Positions 51,983 through 62,555 of a stretch of DNA of 64,000 nucleotides are shown here, piece after piece (the stretch's first letter is position 1; each line of letters begins with the position of its first letter). A model generated the notes under the pieces. It saw nothing but the letters and a program-made list of their open reading frames with translations. It ran no database searches and was not told the DNA's origin. Origin of the DNA: Methanocaldococcus indicus (lineage in GTDB: Archaea > AGJL01 > Methanococci > Methanococcales > Methanocaldococcaceae); NCBI RefSeq assembly GCF_049554935.1, contig NZ_CP186926.1, positions 1,120,001-1,184,000 on the forward strand, read 5' to 3'. The position numbers and the translations under genes are program-made.

Positions 51983-52887
51983 TAATAGTTTTAGGAGAGG
52001 TAATGTTAGATAAATACACTTATGGAAAGGTTGAGAGAATAAATCCAGAAGCTCCAGTCCCAATATTAAATGTAGTTGAAGAAAGATATACCTTAGGAGG
52101 AGCTGGAAATGTAGCTAATAATATAGCATCTTTAAATCATGGTGTATTTTTAGTTAGTATCTTAAATAATGATGAATTTGGAAAATGTATTAAAGAGTTA
52201 TGTGAAAAGAATAATATCAAATATTATTTTATCTCTGATGGAAGGCCAACAATTGTAAAGCATAGGTTTGTTGCCTTAGGATATAATCAGCAATTGCTTA
52301 GGGTTGATTATGAAAAAGTTTATCCTATAAATGATAACTTAGCTGAAAAAATCTTAGAAGTTATTAAAAATCTCAATGAAAAATCAAATATATTGATAAT
52401 TTCTGATTATGCAAAGGGATTAATTACAAAAGAACTTATGGAAAGTATAAAAAAAGAATTTAAAGGAAAAATCTTAGTTGACCCAAAACCTAAAAATATT
52501 GAACTTTATAAAAAAGTTTATTTAATAAAACCAAATTTAAAAGAAGCTTCTCAAATTTTAGGGATAGAGATAGAGAATAAAGATGATGAGGTAGAAAAAG
52601 CTGGTTTAGAGTTAGTTGATAAATACAACTCAAACTTTGTTATAACAAGGAGTGAAAAAGGAGCTACATTGATAACATTAGATGGAGAAATTTTCCATAT
52701 CCCAACAAAAGTTAAAGAAGTTCATGATGTCTCTGGAGCTGGAGATACATTTATTGCTGTTTTAGGATATGCATTAGATAAAGGTTATGATTTAGTTGAT
52801 GCCGTTAAATTGGCAAATAAGGCAAGTTCAATTGTTGTTGGAAAAGTTGGAACTGCAACAGTTTGCTTAGAGGAGTTGTTTGATTAA
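51979..52887 (+). CDS. hldA: D-glycero-beta-D-manno-heptose-7-phosphate kinase
   Basis: MLDKY..G..ERI.PEAPVP, LGGAGNVA.N, SDYAKG, VDPK, DVSGAGDT. Confidence 0.92.
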   Translation: MIIVLGEVMLDKYTYGKVERINPEAPVPILNVVEERYTLGGAGNVANNIASLNHGVFLVSILNNDEFGKCIKELCEKNNIKYYFISDGRPTIVKHRFVALGYNQQLLRVDYEKVYPINDNLAEKILEVIKNLNEKSNILIISDYAKGLITKELMESIKKEFKGKILVDPKPKNIELYKKVYLIKPNLKEASQILGIEIENKDDEVEKAGLELVDKYNSNFVITRSEKGATLITLDGEIFHIPTKVKEVHDVSGAGDTFIAVLGYALDKGYDLVDAVKLANKASSIVVGKVGTATVCLEELFD

Positions 52888-53256
52888 ATTTAAATTTTTT
52901 GATGAAAATATGTCAAGCATCTCAATTAATGATTTAGCTTTAAAAATTGAAAAATTAGAAAAAGAAATAAAAAAATTGAAAGAGGAGAATGAATTACTTA
53001 AAGAAAAGATTAAAGAAACATCAATCTGTGTTGCAAGAGAAGAAATTAAGTATCAATCAGCAATAATTAGAAATGACGTTAGAGATGAATTAAGAAAAGA
53101 ACTTGCAACAAAAGAGGATTTAATGCTTGTTGAAGAAAGATTAGAAAAAAAATTGAATTAATTAATCAAAAACTTGATTTTTGGATAAAAATATTAATAA
53201 TATTAATTATAATATCACCATTTATTCCTAATATATTAAATTCCTAATATATTAAA
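52880..53256 (+). pseudogene. Coiled-coil + C-terminal TM protein (ELATKED motif), frameshifted in an A-run
   Basis: The frame resumes as IELINQKLDFWIKILIILIIISPF after the A-run near 53150; 16-bp tandem duplication attcctaatatattaa at 53224-53255. Confidence 0.55.
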
Positions 53257-53296
53257 AAATATAGGATTGGTATTAAGATGAAAATAAAGGGAAATT

Positions 53297-53809
53297 ATGG
53301 ACAATAAAGCAATTTTCTTAGATAGAGATGGGGTTATAAATAAAAGATTAATTGAGGATTATGTTAAAAAAATAGATGAGTTTGAATTACTGCCTAAAGT
53401 TAGAGAGGCGTTAATTGAATTTAAAAAAATGGGTTATTTGTTGATAGTTGTAACTAATCAGCAGGGAATAGCCAAAGGAATTATGACAGAGGATGATTTA
53501 AAAGTTATTCATAATTATATGCTTAAATTGTTGCCAGAGATTGATGATATTTTTTATTGCCCACACTTAGAAGGGACTTGTAATTGCAGAAAGCCAAAAA
53601 ATGGAATGCTTTTAAAAGCTAAGGAAAAGTGGAATATTGATTTTAAAAAAAGTTGGATGATTGGTGATAGTGAAAGTGATATAATCTGTGGGAAGAGTGT
53701 TGGTTGTAAAACAATAAGGATTCTTTATGATGATAATGATAAAACTGAGGCTGATTTTACAGCTAAAAGTTTATATGATTGTGTTGAGATTATTAAGAAT
53801 AATAAATAA
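53297..53809 (+). CDS. gmhB: D,D-heptose 1,7-bisphosphate phosphatase
   Basis: FLDRDGVIN, VTNQ.GI, CPH....CNCRKP, MIGD..SD. Confidence 0.93.
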   Translation: MDNKAIFLDRDGVINKRLIEDYVKKIDEFELLPKVREALIEFKKMGYLLIVVTNQQGIAKGIMTEDDLKVIHNYMLKLLPEIDDIFYCPHLEGTCNCRKPKNGMLLKAKEKWNIDFKKSWMIGDSESDIICGKSVGCKTIRILYDDNDKTEADFTAKSLYDCVEIIKNNK

Positions 53810-53890
53810 GTTTATATTAACGATTTGTTAAGAAAATTTTAAAGAATTTGGAAGAAAAAAGGCAAAACCTAATTTAAAAAATGTGATATT

Positions 53891-55009
53891 GTGGATATAA
53901 TTTCAATATTAAGGATGGTCGATAAACATATAGGAAATTTGGCAATATTATTTATATCTTTCTTAAAAACTAAGACACATAAGAATCTAAGAGATAGAAA
54001 ACCAAAAAATATATTGATTATTAGATTATGGACTTTGGGAGAAAGTATATTAACTCTTCCTATGATAAAAAGACTAAAAGAAGAGGGATATAATATATCT
54101 GTTTTAGTAACAAAGAGAAGTAAAGGGGTTTTTGAAAATATTGACTTTGTTGATGAAGTTATTGATTTGGAAGATTTTTGGAAAGTTTTAAAGAATTTTA
54201 AAAAGTATGATGTTGTGATTGATACTGAACCTTATCTAAATATATCTGCTATATTAGGTTGGTTTTTAGGTAAAACTGTTATTGGATTTAAGGGTCTTTT
54301 TAGAGATAAGTTATATGATTTTAAAATTGATTATAATGATAAAATTCATGCAGTTTATAATTTTTGTAATATGTTAAAACCGTTTGGTATCACATATAAA
54401 CCAAAAAAATTAGTTCCTCTAAAATATGGAGAGAATGATAAAGAGAATGTTGATATGTTGTTGAGAAAATATAGCTTAGAGGATAAAGAATTAATTGGCA
54501 TCCATTGTGGAACTGCTGAAACAGCTCCATGGAGAAGCTGGAAAAAAGAGAAGTTTGCTAAATTAATTGAAAAGTTAGTTGAGGATGGATTCTATATTAT
54601 TTTAACTGGTAGTAAAAATGACTATGAAGTAAATGAAAAAGTCCTAAATTTAGTTGATGATAAATTTAAAAATAGAGTATTTAACTTTGTAGGTAAAACT
54701 AATTTGAGAGAATTTGCTTATTTATTAACAAAATTTAAAGTTTTTATATCTAATGATACTGGACCTATGCATTTAAGTGCTGCTATGGAAACCAAGACAA
54801 TTGGCTTATTTGGGCCAAATTTACCAGAAAGGTTTGCTCCTTTTGGTGATGGGAATATTGCTATTTATAAGGCAGACAACTTAGATTGTTCTCCTTGTAT
54901 AAATGTTCATAAAGGAGAGTTTAAAAGATGTGAATTAAATGGAAAGTGCATGGATTTAATTGAGGTGGAAGATGTTTATAATGTTGTTGTAAATATGGTG
55001 AGAAAATGA
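53891..55009 (+). CDS. GT9 (heptosyltransferase family) glycosyltransferase 1
   Basis: LGESILT.P, R.W...F, NDTGPMHL.AA, LFGP, C.PC...C...CM. Confidence 0.88.
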   Translation: MDIISILRMVDKHIGNLAILFISFLKTKTHKNLRDRKPKNILIIRLWTLGESILTLPMIKRLKEEGYNISVLVTKRSKGVFENIDFVDEVIDLEDFWKVLKNFKKYDVVIDTEPYLNISAILGWFLGKTVIGFKGLFRDKLYDFKIDYNDKIHAVYNFCNMLKPFGITYKPKKLVPLKYGENDKENVDMLLRKYSLEDKELIGIHCGTAETAPWRSWKKEKFAKLIEKLVEDGFYIILTGSKNDYEVNEKVLNLVDDKFKNRVFNFVGKTNLREFAYLLTKFKVFISNDTGPMHLSAAMETKTIGLFGPNLPERFAPFGDGNIAIYKADNLDCSPCINVHKGEFKRCELNGKCMDLIEVEDVYNVVVNMVRK

Positions 55010-56052
55010 AAATTCTACTATTCAAGATTGGAGCTATAGGAGATACTTTAATGACGACACCATTAATACGACAATTAAGAAAAAATTTTAAAGACGCCAC
55101 CATTGATTATTTAATTGGGAAATATTCTTATGGGGTTTTAGAAGGAAACAAGCATTTAGATAACATAATTAAATTTGACGAAGATATATTCTTTAAAAAA
55201 GATTTTAAAGAATGGTTAAAGTTAATTTTTAAAATTAGAAAAAGGAGATATGATACAATTTTTGTTTTAGACAAACATTGGATTTTTAATTTAACTGCTT
55301 TTTTGTTTGGAATTAAAAAAAGAATTGGCTTTGATAGGTTTGGTGAAGGAAAGTTTTTAACTTATAAAGTTCCTTATTTTGGAAGAAAGCATGAGATTTT
55401 TTATTATTTGGATTTACTGAAGGGTTTAAGAATTGAGCCAAATTATGAAGATTGGGAGATGGAAATATTTTTAAGTGAGAAAGATTTGGACTTTGCAGAA
55501 AGATTTTGGGATGAAAATAATTTAAATGATAAAGTTGTTGTTGGAATTTGTCCAGGAGGAGCAAGAAATATTGGAGTTGGAGATGATGATTTAAGAAGAT
55601 GGGACTCTAAAAAATATATAGAGCTAATAAAAAAATTAAAAGAAAAAGGATTTGAAGTTTTGTTAATTGGAGGAAAGACAGATAAAGGAATTGAAAAAAC
55701 AATACTAAAAGAAGTTAAATGCATTTCTACTATAGGAAAAACATCTTTAAAAGAAAGTTCTGCTTTATTAAAAAAATGTGATGTTGTTGTTTGTAATGAT
55801 AGCGGACCAATGCATTTAGCAGCATCAGTTAATAAAAAAATTATTAGTATATTTGGTCCTACTCATCCATCTGAAAAAGCTCCATTACATAAAGAAAGCA
55901 AATATATTTGGAAACAAATAGGGTGTAATCCATGTTATGATTTGTGGGGAAGATTTCCAAAACCTTGTCCTTATAAAAAGAGATGCATGGAATGTATAAA
56001 AACTGAAGAAGTATTAAATATTATTGATGAAGTTATTGGTGATATAAAATGA
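55006..56052 (+). CDS. GT9 (heptosyltransferase family) glycosyltransferase 2
   Basis: GAIGDTLMTTP, RRW, NDSGPMHLAA, IFGPT. Confidence 0.92.
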   Translation: MKILLFKIGAIGDTLMTTPLIRQLRKNFKDATIDYLIGKYSYGVLEGNKHLDNIIKFDEDIFFKKDFKEWLKLIFKIRKRRYDTIFVLDKHWIFNLTAFLFGIKKRIGFDRFGEGKFLTYKVPYFGRKHEIFYYLDLLKGLRIEPNYEDWEMEIFLSEKDLDFAERFWDENNLNDKVVVGICPGGARNIGVGDDDLRRWDSKKYIELIKKLKEKGFEVLLIGGKTDKGIEKTILKEVKCISTIGKTSLKESSALLKKCDVVVCNDSGPMHLAASVNKKIISIFGPTHPSEKAPLHKESKYIWKQIGCNPCYDLWGRFPKPCPYKKRCMECIKTEEVLNIIDEVIGDIK

Positions 56053-56966
56053 AAGTTTTGGTCACTGGAGGAGCAGGATTTATTGGGTCTAACTTAGCAT
56101 TAGAACTACAAAATAAAGGTTATGAAGTTATAGTTTTAGATGATTTTTCATCTGGGCATTTTAAAAACCTTATAGGTTTTGAAGGGGATGTTATCACAGA
56201 AAATATTTTAGATGTTGATTTAAATAGATTTAATAATGTTGATGTTATTTTTCATCAAGCGGCGATAACAGATACAACAGTTCAAGACCAAAAATTAATG
56301 ATGCAAATTAACACAGAAGGTTTTAGGAGGTTTTTAGATTTTGCTGTTGAGAATAACATTAAGTTTATATATGCATCATCAGCAGCAACTTATGGTAACT
56401 CTAAAGCTCCTCAAAAAGAAGAAGATGCTGGAAAACCAAACAATATCTATGGCTTTTCAAAATGGATTTGTGATTGTATTGCAAAAAAGTATATGAAAAG
56501 ATTTCCAGAAGCACATATAGTTGGATTAAGGTATTTTAATGTCTTTGGACCGAGAGAGCAGTATAAGGGAAAGATGGCTTCCATGGTTTGGCAATTAGCA
56601 AAACAGATGGTCGATGGCAAAAGACCAAGAATTTTTAAATGGGGAGAGCAAAAAAGAGACCAAGTGTATGTTAAAGATGTTGTTAAAGCAAATCTATTAG
56701 CTATGGATGCTAAGAAAAGCTGTATTGTGAATATTGGTAGTGGAAGAGCAGTTACTTTTAATTATATAATTGAAGTTTTGAATAAGGTGTTAGGATTTAA
56801 CTATGAACCAGAGTATTTTGACAATCCATATAAAGAGTTTTATCAAGATTATACTGAAGCAGATTTAACCAAAGCTAAAGAATATTTAGGATATAAACCA
56901 GAGTGGAGTTTTGAAGAAGCAGTTAAAGATTATGTTAAGTGGTTGAAAGAGAATTCATATATATAG
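56049..56966 (+). CDS. hldD: ADP-L-glycero-D-manno-heptose 6-epimerase
   Basis: TGGAGFIGSN, YASSAATYG, P.N.YGFSK, LRYFNVFGP.E..KG.MAS, YQ.YT.AD. Confidence 0.9.
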   Translation: MKVLVTGGAGFIGSNLALELQNKGYEVIVLDDFSSGHFKNLIGFEGDVITENILDVDLNRFNNVDVIFHQAAITDTTVQDQKLMMQINTEGFRRFLDFAVENNIKFIYASSAATYGNSKAPQKEEDAGKPNNIYGFSKWICDCIAKKYMKRFPEAHIVGLRYFNVFGPREQYKGKMASMVWQLAKQMVDGKRPRIFKWGEQKRDQVYVKDVVKANLLAMDAKKSCIVNIGSGRAVTFNYIIEVLNKVLGFNYEPEYFDNPYKEFYQDYTEADLTKAKEYLGYKPEWSFEEAVKDYVKWLKENSYI

Positions 56967-56982
56967 ATATTTGTGGTAATAT

Positions 56983-58053
56983 ATGTTTAAAGTGGATAAG
57001 ATTAAACAGAAGTTTATTGCTGGTTGGGTAATTAACAATAAGTATTACTATAGAGTAGTAAATAAATATTTAGCACTATTTTTATATTTCTTAGACATTT
57101 TTTTGAATCCATTATTTAAAAAAAGAAAATTTCCTAAAAAAATTGAAAATATATTGATAATTAGAGTTGAACAAATCGGTGATGTTATATTAACTACATC
57201 ATTTTTTAGAGAATTAAAAAGAAACTACCCTAATGCTAAACTAACTGTTTTATGTAGAAAACTTACAAAAGATTTATTTAAGTTGATTCCATGGATAGAT
57301 AATATTATTATATTAAACACTCCATGGCTTAGTAGAAATGATTCCGAGGGTTTTTGGAATGTTCTAAAGTTTATAAAAGAGAATTATAAAAAATATGACT
57401 TAGTTTTTGATTTACATCCTGACCCAAGAAATCTACTTATTGCAAGATTCGTTGGGAAATATACCATTGCCTATGGAATTAGAGGATTTAGATTTTTGAT
57501 TGATAGAGAAATCAGTTGGAATTTTAAAAAAGTTGAACATATAGTTGATAGATATTTAAATATTCTTGAAAAAATGGGACTAAATATAGAGGAAAAAGAA
57601 CTTGAACTCAAGTTAGATGAAAAAATTATGATGAATATAAAGAAAAAATTAAAAAATACGTTTAATTTAGATATAGACAAGGAAAAAAATATAAAAATTG
57701 TGTTAATCCATCCAATAAGTGGAAGAGAAGAAAAAAATATTAGTTGGAAAGAATGGGAAATTATAATAAAAAATTTATTAAAAGAAAAAGATAGCTTAAT
57801 TTTTATTGGTGGGGCAAAAAATGAAAAATCAATAATTAATAAAAATTTAGGGCATTTAATAGATAATAAAAGAGTTTTTAATATTGCAGGGCTTTTTAGT
57901 TTGTTGGAGTATATTCATTTTATAGATTTGGTAGATATTATCTATAGTGTTGATACATTTGTAGTTCATGTAGCTTCAGCATTAAAGAAAAAGATAAAAA
58001 CATTTTATGTAGCAACAAATGAGAATGAGTGGGGATATTATGGAAAAGATTAA
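56983..58053 (+). CDS. GT9 (heptosyltransferase family) glycosyltransferase 3, divergent
   Basis: EQIGDVIL, LK..YPNA, DT..VHVA.A. Confidence 0.82.
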   Translation: MFKVDKIKQKFIAGWVINNKYYYRVVNKYLALFLYFLDIFLNPLFKKRKFPKKIENILIIRVEQIGDVILTTSFFRELKRNYPNAKLTVLCRKLTKDLFKLIPWIDNIIILNTPWLSRNDSEGFWNVLKFIKENYKKYDLVFDLHPDPRNLLIARFVGKYTIAYGIRGFRFLIDREISWNFKKVEHIVDRYLNILEKMGLNIEEKELELKLDEKIMMNIKKKLKNTFNLDIDKEKNIKIVLIHPISGREEKNISWKEWEIIIKNLLKEKDSLIFIGGAKNEKSIINKNLGHLIDNKRVFNIAGLFSLLEYIHFIDLVDIIYSVDTFVVHVASALKKKIKTFYVATNENEWGYYGKD

Positions 58054-59269
58054 AGTGTTGTATATTGGCAATTACGCACCTTGGCTATACCAAAATTTTA
58101 AATATTACAATAAGTTTGGAATTGATTTTTATGTTTTACCAATAGAAGGGAAAAATTTTTTAGAAAAGTATAAAATAAAATATTATAATGCTAAAAGAAT
58201 AAAGGATATTATTAAAATTCCAGTATTAGTTGATTTTTTAAACTATTTTTTTTCTATTGGGAATAAAGTTATAAAACTTGAAGAAATAATAAAAAAGGAA
58301 GATTTTGATATAGTTCATAGTTTAGAACCTTTTTCTCCTTATACCGTTGATGTAATTAGGTTGTCTAAAAAATATAATTATAAAATAGTTGTAGAAACAT
58401 GGGAAAATTTACCATATAATTGGGAATATTTCTCATACCTTGGAACTCCTTTTTCATTATTTAAAATAGAAAGAATTTATCATAAAAAAAATAAAAGATA
58501 TTCATTAACAAACTGTGATAAAATATTGGCGAAATCAAAAACTGTTAAAAATGCCTTAATTTTAGAAGGTTGGAATAAGAATAAAATAGAGACAATATAT
58601 TATGGGGTGGATTCAAAAGTATTTAATCCATATTCAGAGAAAGAAAAAGAGAATCTAAAAGAAAAATACATGAGAAAAATAGAAATAGAAAATAACGCTA
58701 AAAGAAAGTTTTTTGTCTTATCTATTGGCAGAATTGAATATGAAAAAGGATATATTGATATGTTTTGGGCAATAAAAAAATTAATTGAAGAATATAGAAA
58801 TAAAATTGATATTTATTGGTTAATATTGGGTTCTGGAAATTTAAAAAATAAATTGAAGGAATTATCCAAAACTTTTAGAATTGGAAAATATGTAAAATTC
58901 TTAGGGTTTCTTGATTATTTTAACTTACCTGATTATTATAATTTAGTAGACGTTTTTGTATTAACTCCAAATCCAAATATTCATTGGCTTGAGCAGTATG
59001 GGTTTGTTTATATTGAAGCACAAATGTGTAGCTTGCCTGTAATTTCTTCATTAACTGGGGAGATACCCAATATTGTTAAAAATGGAGAAACAGGTTTTTT
59101 AGTGAAGCCAAGAGATTCTTTTGAAATATATTGTAAAATAAAAGAACTTATAGAAAATGAAGATTTAAAAAAAGAATTTAGAAAAAATGCAAGAAAATGG
59201 GCATTAAACTTTGATGCTGAAAAGAAAGCAAAGGAACATGCTGAGTTTTATAGGTCAATTTTACAATAA
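58040..59269 (+). CDS. GT4 glycosyltransferase
   Basis: IGRIEYEKG, EQYG.V.IEA....PVI, GETG.LV. Confidence 0.9.
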   Translation: MEKIKVLYIGNYAPWLYQNFKYYNKFGIDFYVLPIEGKNFLEKYKIKYYNAKRIKDIIKIPVLVDFLNYFFSIGNKVIKLEEIIKKEDFDIVHSLEPFSPYTVDVIRLSKKYNYKIVVETWENLPYNWEYFSYLGTPFSLFKIERIYHKKNKRYSLTNCDKILAKSKTVKNALILEGWNKNKIETIYYGVDSKVFNPYSEKEKENLKEKYMRKIEIENNAKRKFFVLSIGRIEYEKGYIDMFWAIKKLIEEYRNKIDIYWLILGSGNLKNKLKELSKTFRIGKYVKFLGFLDYFNLPDYYNLVDVFVLTPNPNIHWLEQYGFVYIEAQMCSLPVISSLTGEIPNIVKNGETGFLVKPRDSFEIYCKIKELIENEDLKKEFRKNARKWALNFDAEKKAKEHAEFYRSILQ

Positions 59270-60292
59270 TCCTTTTTCTTTTAATATTCTTATATTTTCT
59301 TTTGGTATCTCAAATCTAATATATTTCCACATTTTAAAGGACATAGGCTTTCTTTTTATTTTACCAGAAAATATTAATTTGAATGCATGAAGTGTCCCTT
59401 TCAGAAATTCAGAATACATTTGTAAAAAAGAAATATTTGGTTCTTTCTGTTTTAAATTTTTATAAGATAGTATACTTTGAATAGTTAACCAATTTAGAAC
59501 ATATATGAAAAATAAAAATAATGGATAATTTTTATATAACATTAATATTTGATTTTTTGTCATCTGGTATTCTCTCCATAAGTTATTTCTTCTTTTAGGT
59601 GTTTCATTATGTCTTATTACTATCCATGGATTTAAAACAACTTTATAATTATTAATCCAAAGTCTAATAGATAAATCAATGTCTTCCGCATATACAAACA
59701 TATTTTCATCAAAACCATTTATCTTTTTAAAAGCTTCTTTTTTAATTAAAACTCCACATGTTGCAAAATGATTTAAATAAAAATATACAGAATTTTTTTT
59801 TAATAAATTTATGTTATTTGCAAGATCATAACATTTTTTTGTTTTTTTATCTAATTCACAAACTGCATATTCATAGCCAATTCTTTTCCCGTTTTTGTAT
59901 ATTGGATATTCAGTAGCATAACGAATAGCACCGATTTCGTCATTTTTTTCTAATAATCCAATATCTTTTTCTATAATACTTTTTAAAATATTCTCATTTT
60001 GCAGATAGTTATCGTCATCTAAAAAGAGAATATATTTACCATTTGAATTCTTAACACCAATGTTTCTACCTTTGGAAGCCCCAACATTTTTGTTATTATT
60101 TATATATTTAATGTTTAATTTCTTTTCATAATTTTTTATTAAGTCTATAATGTCTTCACCGTTATTTACAATAACAATTTCATATAAATCTCTATCAACA
60201 TTTCTCTGTGTTAAAATGCTATCTAATAAATTTTTTAAATCTTCTTTTCTGTTATTTGTCACTACTACAATAGACAATAAAGTGTTACTCAT
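59261..60292 (-). CDS. GT2 glycosyltransferase
   Basis: SIVVVT.NR, N.G....RN.G, FLDDD, GFDE.....ED.DL..R. Confidence 0.9.
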   Translation of the reverse strand: MSNTLLSIVVVTNNRKEDLKNLLDSILTQRNVDRDLYEIVIVNNGEDIIDLIKNYEKKLNIKYINNNKNVGASKGRNIGVKNSNGKYILFLDDDNYLQNENILKSIIEKDIGLLEKNDEIGAIRYATEYPIYKNGKRIGYEYAVCELDKKTKKCYDLANNINLLKKNSVYFYLNHFATCGVLIKKEAFKKINGFDENMFVYAEDIDLSIRLWINNYKVVLNPWIVIRHNETPKRRNNLWREYQMTKNQILMLYKNYPLFLFFIYVLNWLTIQSILSYKNLKQKEPNISFLQMYSEFLKGTLHAFKLIFSGKIKRKPMSFKMWKYIRFEIPKENIRILKEKGLL

Positions 60293-61361
60293 TTATTTCA
60301 CCTTCAATTATATTCAAAAAATACTGTGCTAATTTTTTATCTAAAAAATATTTATTAACATGAGCATTTCCTTCTTTTGCAATTTTTTTCCATCTATTGT
60401 TTTCTAAATGATAAAAAATTAAGTCTCTAATTTCATTAACATTATTGTAAAAAACAGCCGATTTTCCATTAATAAAATTATTAGGTATTTCAATTATTGG
60501 CTTTTTTGTTAATAACATTGTTTTTAAGTATGGTATTTCATAATATCTAAAAGTATCTACTCCATATCCATAAGTATTTATAGATATTTTTGAAGAGGCT
60601 ATTATTTTCAAATAATCTTCAAACCTTAAACTACCTTTGTTTGTATAACATTTTATATCATATTCTTTTTCTAATTCTGTTAATATACTAAAAATAATTT
60701 TTCTCTCTTTAGTATTTGGCGTTGCAATAAATGAAACGTCATAGTCTTTCTTTTTAATATTTTTTAAAATAGGATAGTGTTCTTCTAAATTTACAATACC
60801 TAAAGGAATTGGGCGTATTTTTTCGTTTTTTATAATATTTGTTGGATATAGGTACAAACCATTTAAAAAAATTGAATTAGATATACTTTTAAATAATATT
60901 TTTGAATTATGATATAAAACAGCAGATAAATGCTTTTTAAGATAAATATAAGATTCTAAATCATTAATTAGTTTTTCTCTTTTAAAATATACAAGAACTT
61001 TATTACTAAAAATTATTTTTCTTATATAAGGAATATCATCGAAATCTATTATAATTATATTTTTCTTACTGTTTTCTAAAATATATCTAATGAAATTAGC
61101 AATATAATCATTTAGGCATCCAATAATTATATAATCATAACAATTGTTATCTATATTTTCTTTAATCTTTTTCCAATTTGAAATATCTTTTTTATCATAT
61201 TTTACTGTAAAAGATTCTTTATCGATATTTGGCAAAGGAAAAATATCAATATTTTCACCTAATATTTTTTTTAGTCCAATATAAAGAGTATTTTTAAGAT
61301 AATGGGAATGTAAAGTATCTAATAATAAAATTTTCATAATTTCACCTAAATTTTTAGCCAA
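60285..61361 (-). CDS. GT-B fold glycosyltransferase-like protein (CgeB/GT1-like C-terminus)
   Basis: YDVSF, Y...I.SSKI.IN..G.G.DTFRYYE, IA..G; start may be 61337. Confidence 0.7.
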   Translation of the reverse strand: MAKNLGEIMKILLLDTLHSHYLKNTLYIGLKKILGENIDIFPLPNIDKESFTVKYDKKDISNWKKIKENIDNNCYDYIIIGCLNDYIANFIRYILENSKKNIIIIDFDDIPYIRKIIFSNKVLVYFKREKLINDLESYIYLKKHLSAVLYHNSKILFKSISNSIFLNGLYLYPTNIIKNEKIRPIPLGIVNLEEHYPILKNIKKKDYDVSFIATPNTKERKIIFSILTELEKEYDIKCYTNKGSLRFEDYLKIIASSKISINTYGYGVDTFRYYEIPYLKTMLLTKKPIIEIPNNFINGKSAVFYNNVNEIRDLIFYHLENNRWKKIAKEGNAHVNKYFLDKKLAQYFLNIIEGEINE

Positions 61362-62269
61362 TGACTTAAATCTCTTCCTGTGAATTCACTTAATGATAAT
61401 ATATCGTCTTTATATAATCTAATTAGATATTCTTTTGTTTCTTTTCTTATTTTTGGTTTTTTACTTCTTCTATATGCCAAATTCACATAAATCTTTTGAT
61501 AAACTCTTCCTAATTTTAATTTTCTAGCTAAACTATAAACATAAGGAAATTTAGAGATATTTTCCAATAATACAATTTCAAATTTATTGAATAATTTATA
61601 CCATTTAGAAGAGACATCTGGAAGAATTCCAGCATTTTCTTTTCTTTTTAAAGATTTTGGAATGTAATTAATATTATTAACTTCTAAAAATTCATAAATA
61701 TCCTTTAATAATTTTTTTGGATTACTTATTATATCATCATAAAAACATATAAAAATTTGCTCCTTATCAAACAAAGATAACCATTTTTGAAGATGTTTAT
61801 AATAAAAACCAATTTCTATGTCCCACTTAGCTACTTTTAAATAATCTTCAAATGTTATATGTTCTAAATTTTTTAACTCTTTAAAATGTTTTCTTAATAT
61901 AAATGAGGAAGGTAACGAGTAGAAGTAGCTTGAGTATAACCTTTCAATAGGATTTCTAAATATTACAATTAATTTAATATTTGGAAAGTGTTTTTTTATT
62001 CTTTTATATGCTAAGGGGTCTGCGAAGTATGAAGGTGAAAATTCCCCCTTAATTGGCTTTTCTGAATTAAAGTTGGATAAATACCACTCAATTCCCTTTT
62101 TATAATTCTCTTCAAATTCAAATTTCTCACAATAGTAATATTTATTAAAAAAATGTATTTCTTTTTTCTCTGGAAGGTATATTTCAGGATGTTCAGAAAG
62201 ACATTTTGCTAACCACGTAGTCCCACTTTTTGGAGTTCCAATACCTATAAAATTTATGGTTTTTTCCAT
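61346..62269 (-). CDS. PAPS-dependent sulfotransferase
   Basis: GTPKSGTT 5'-PSB loop, KE.HFF, RNPIER..S.Y 3'-PB motif. Confidence 0.92.
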   Translation of the reverse strand: MEKTINFIGIGTPKSGTTWLAKCLSEHPEIYLPEKKEIHFFNKYYYCEKFEFEENYKKGIEWYLSNFNSEKPIKGEFSPSYFADPLAYKRIKKHFPNIKLIVIFRNPIERLYSSYFYSLPSSFILRKHFKELKNLEHITFEDYLKVAKWDIEIGFYYKHLQKWLSLFDKEQIFICFYDDIISNPKKLLKDIYEFLEVNNINYIPKSLKRKENAGILPDVSSKWYKLFNKFEIVLLENISKFPYVYSLARKLKLGRVYQKIYVNLAYRRSKKPKIRKETKEYLIRLYKDDILSLSEFTGRDLSHWLKI

Positions 62270-62293
62270 AAATTCACCTTTCTTATATCATAG

Positions 62294-62555
62294 CTATAGT
62301 ACTTGTTTTAAATTTATAAATAATTTATCCCCAAAACGCTCCCAACTATATTTCTCAATCTGTTTTCTTGAGTTTTTACCCATTCTTTTTATTTCATCTC
62401 TATTCTCGTAAAAATATAAAATTCTTTCTTTTAAAATTTCAGTATCCATTACTGGAACTATAAATCCACTTTTTCCATCTTTTATAATATCTTTTATTCC
62501 TACATTATTTGATACGATTACTGGAAGACCTGTCGCCATAGCTTCAGCAACTGCT
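62294..62555 (-). pseudogene. C-terminal fragment of a GT4 gene truncated by IS6
   Basis: AVAEAMATGLPVI...G..G......YSWE begins exactly at the IS end. Confidence 0.85.
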
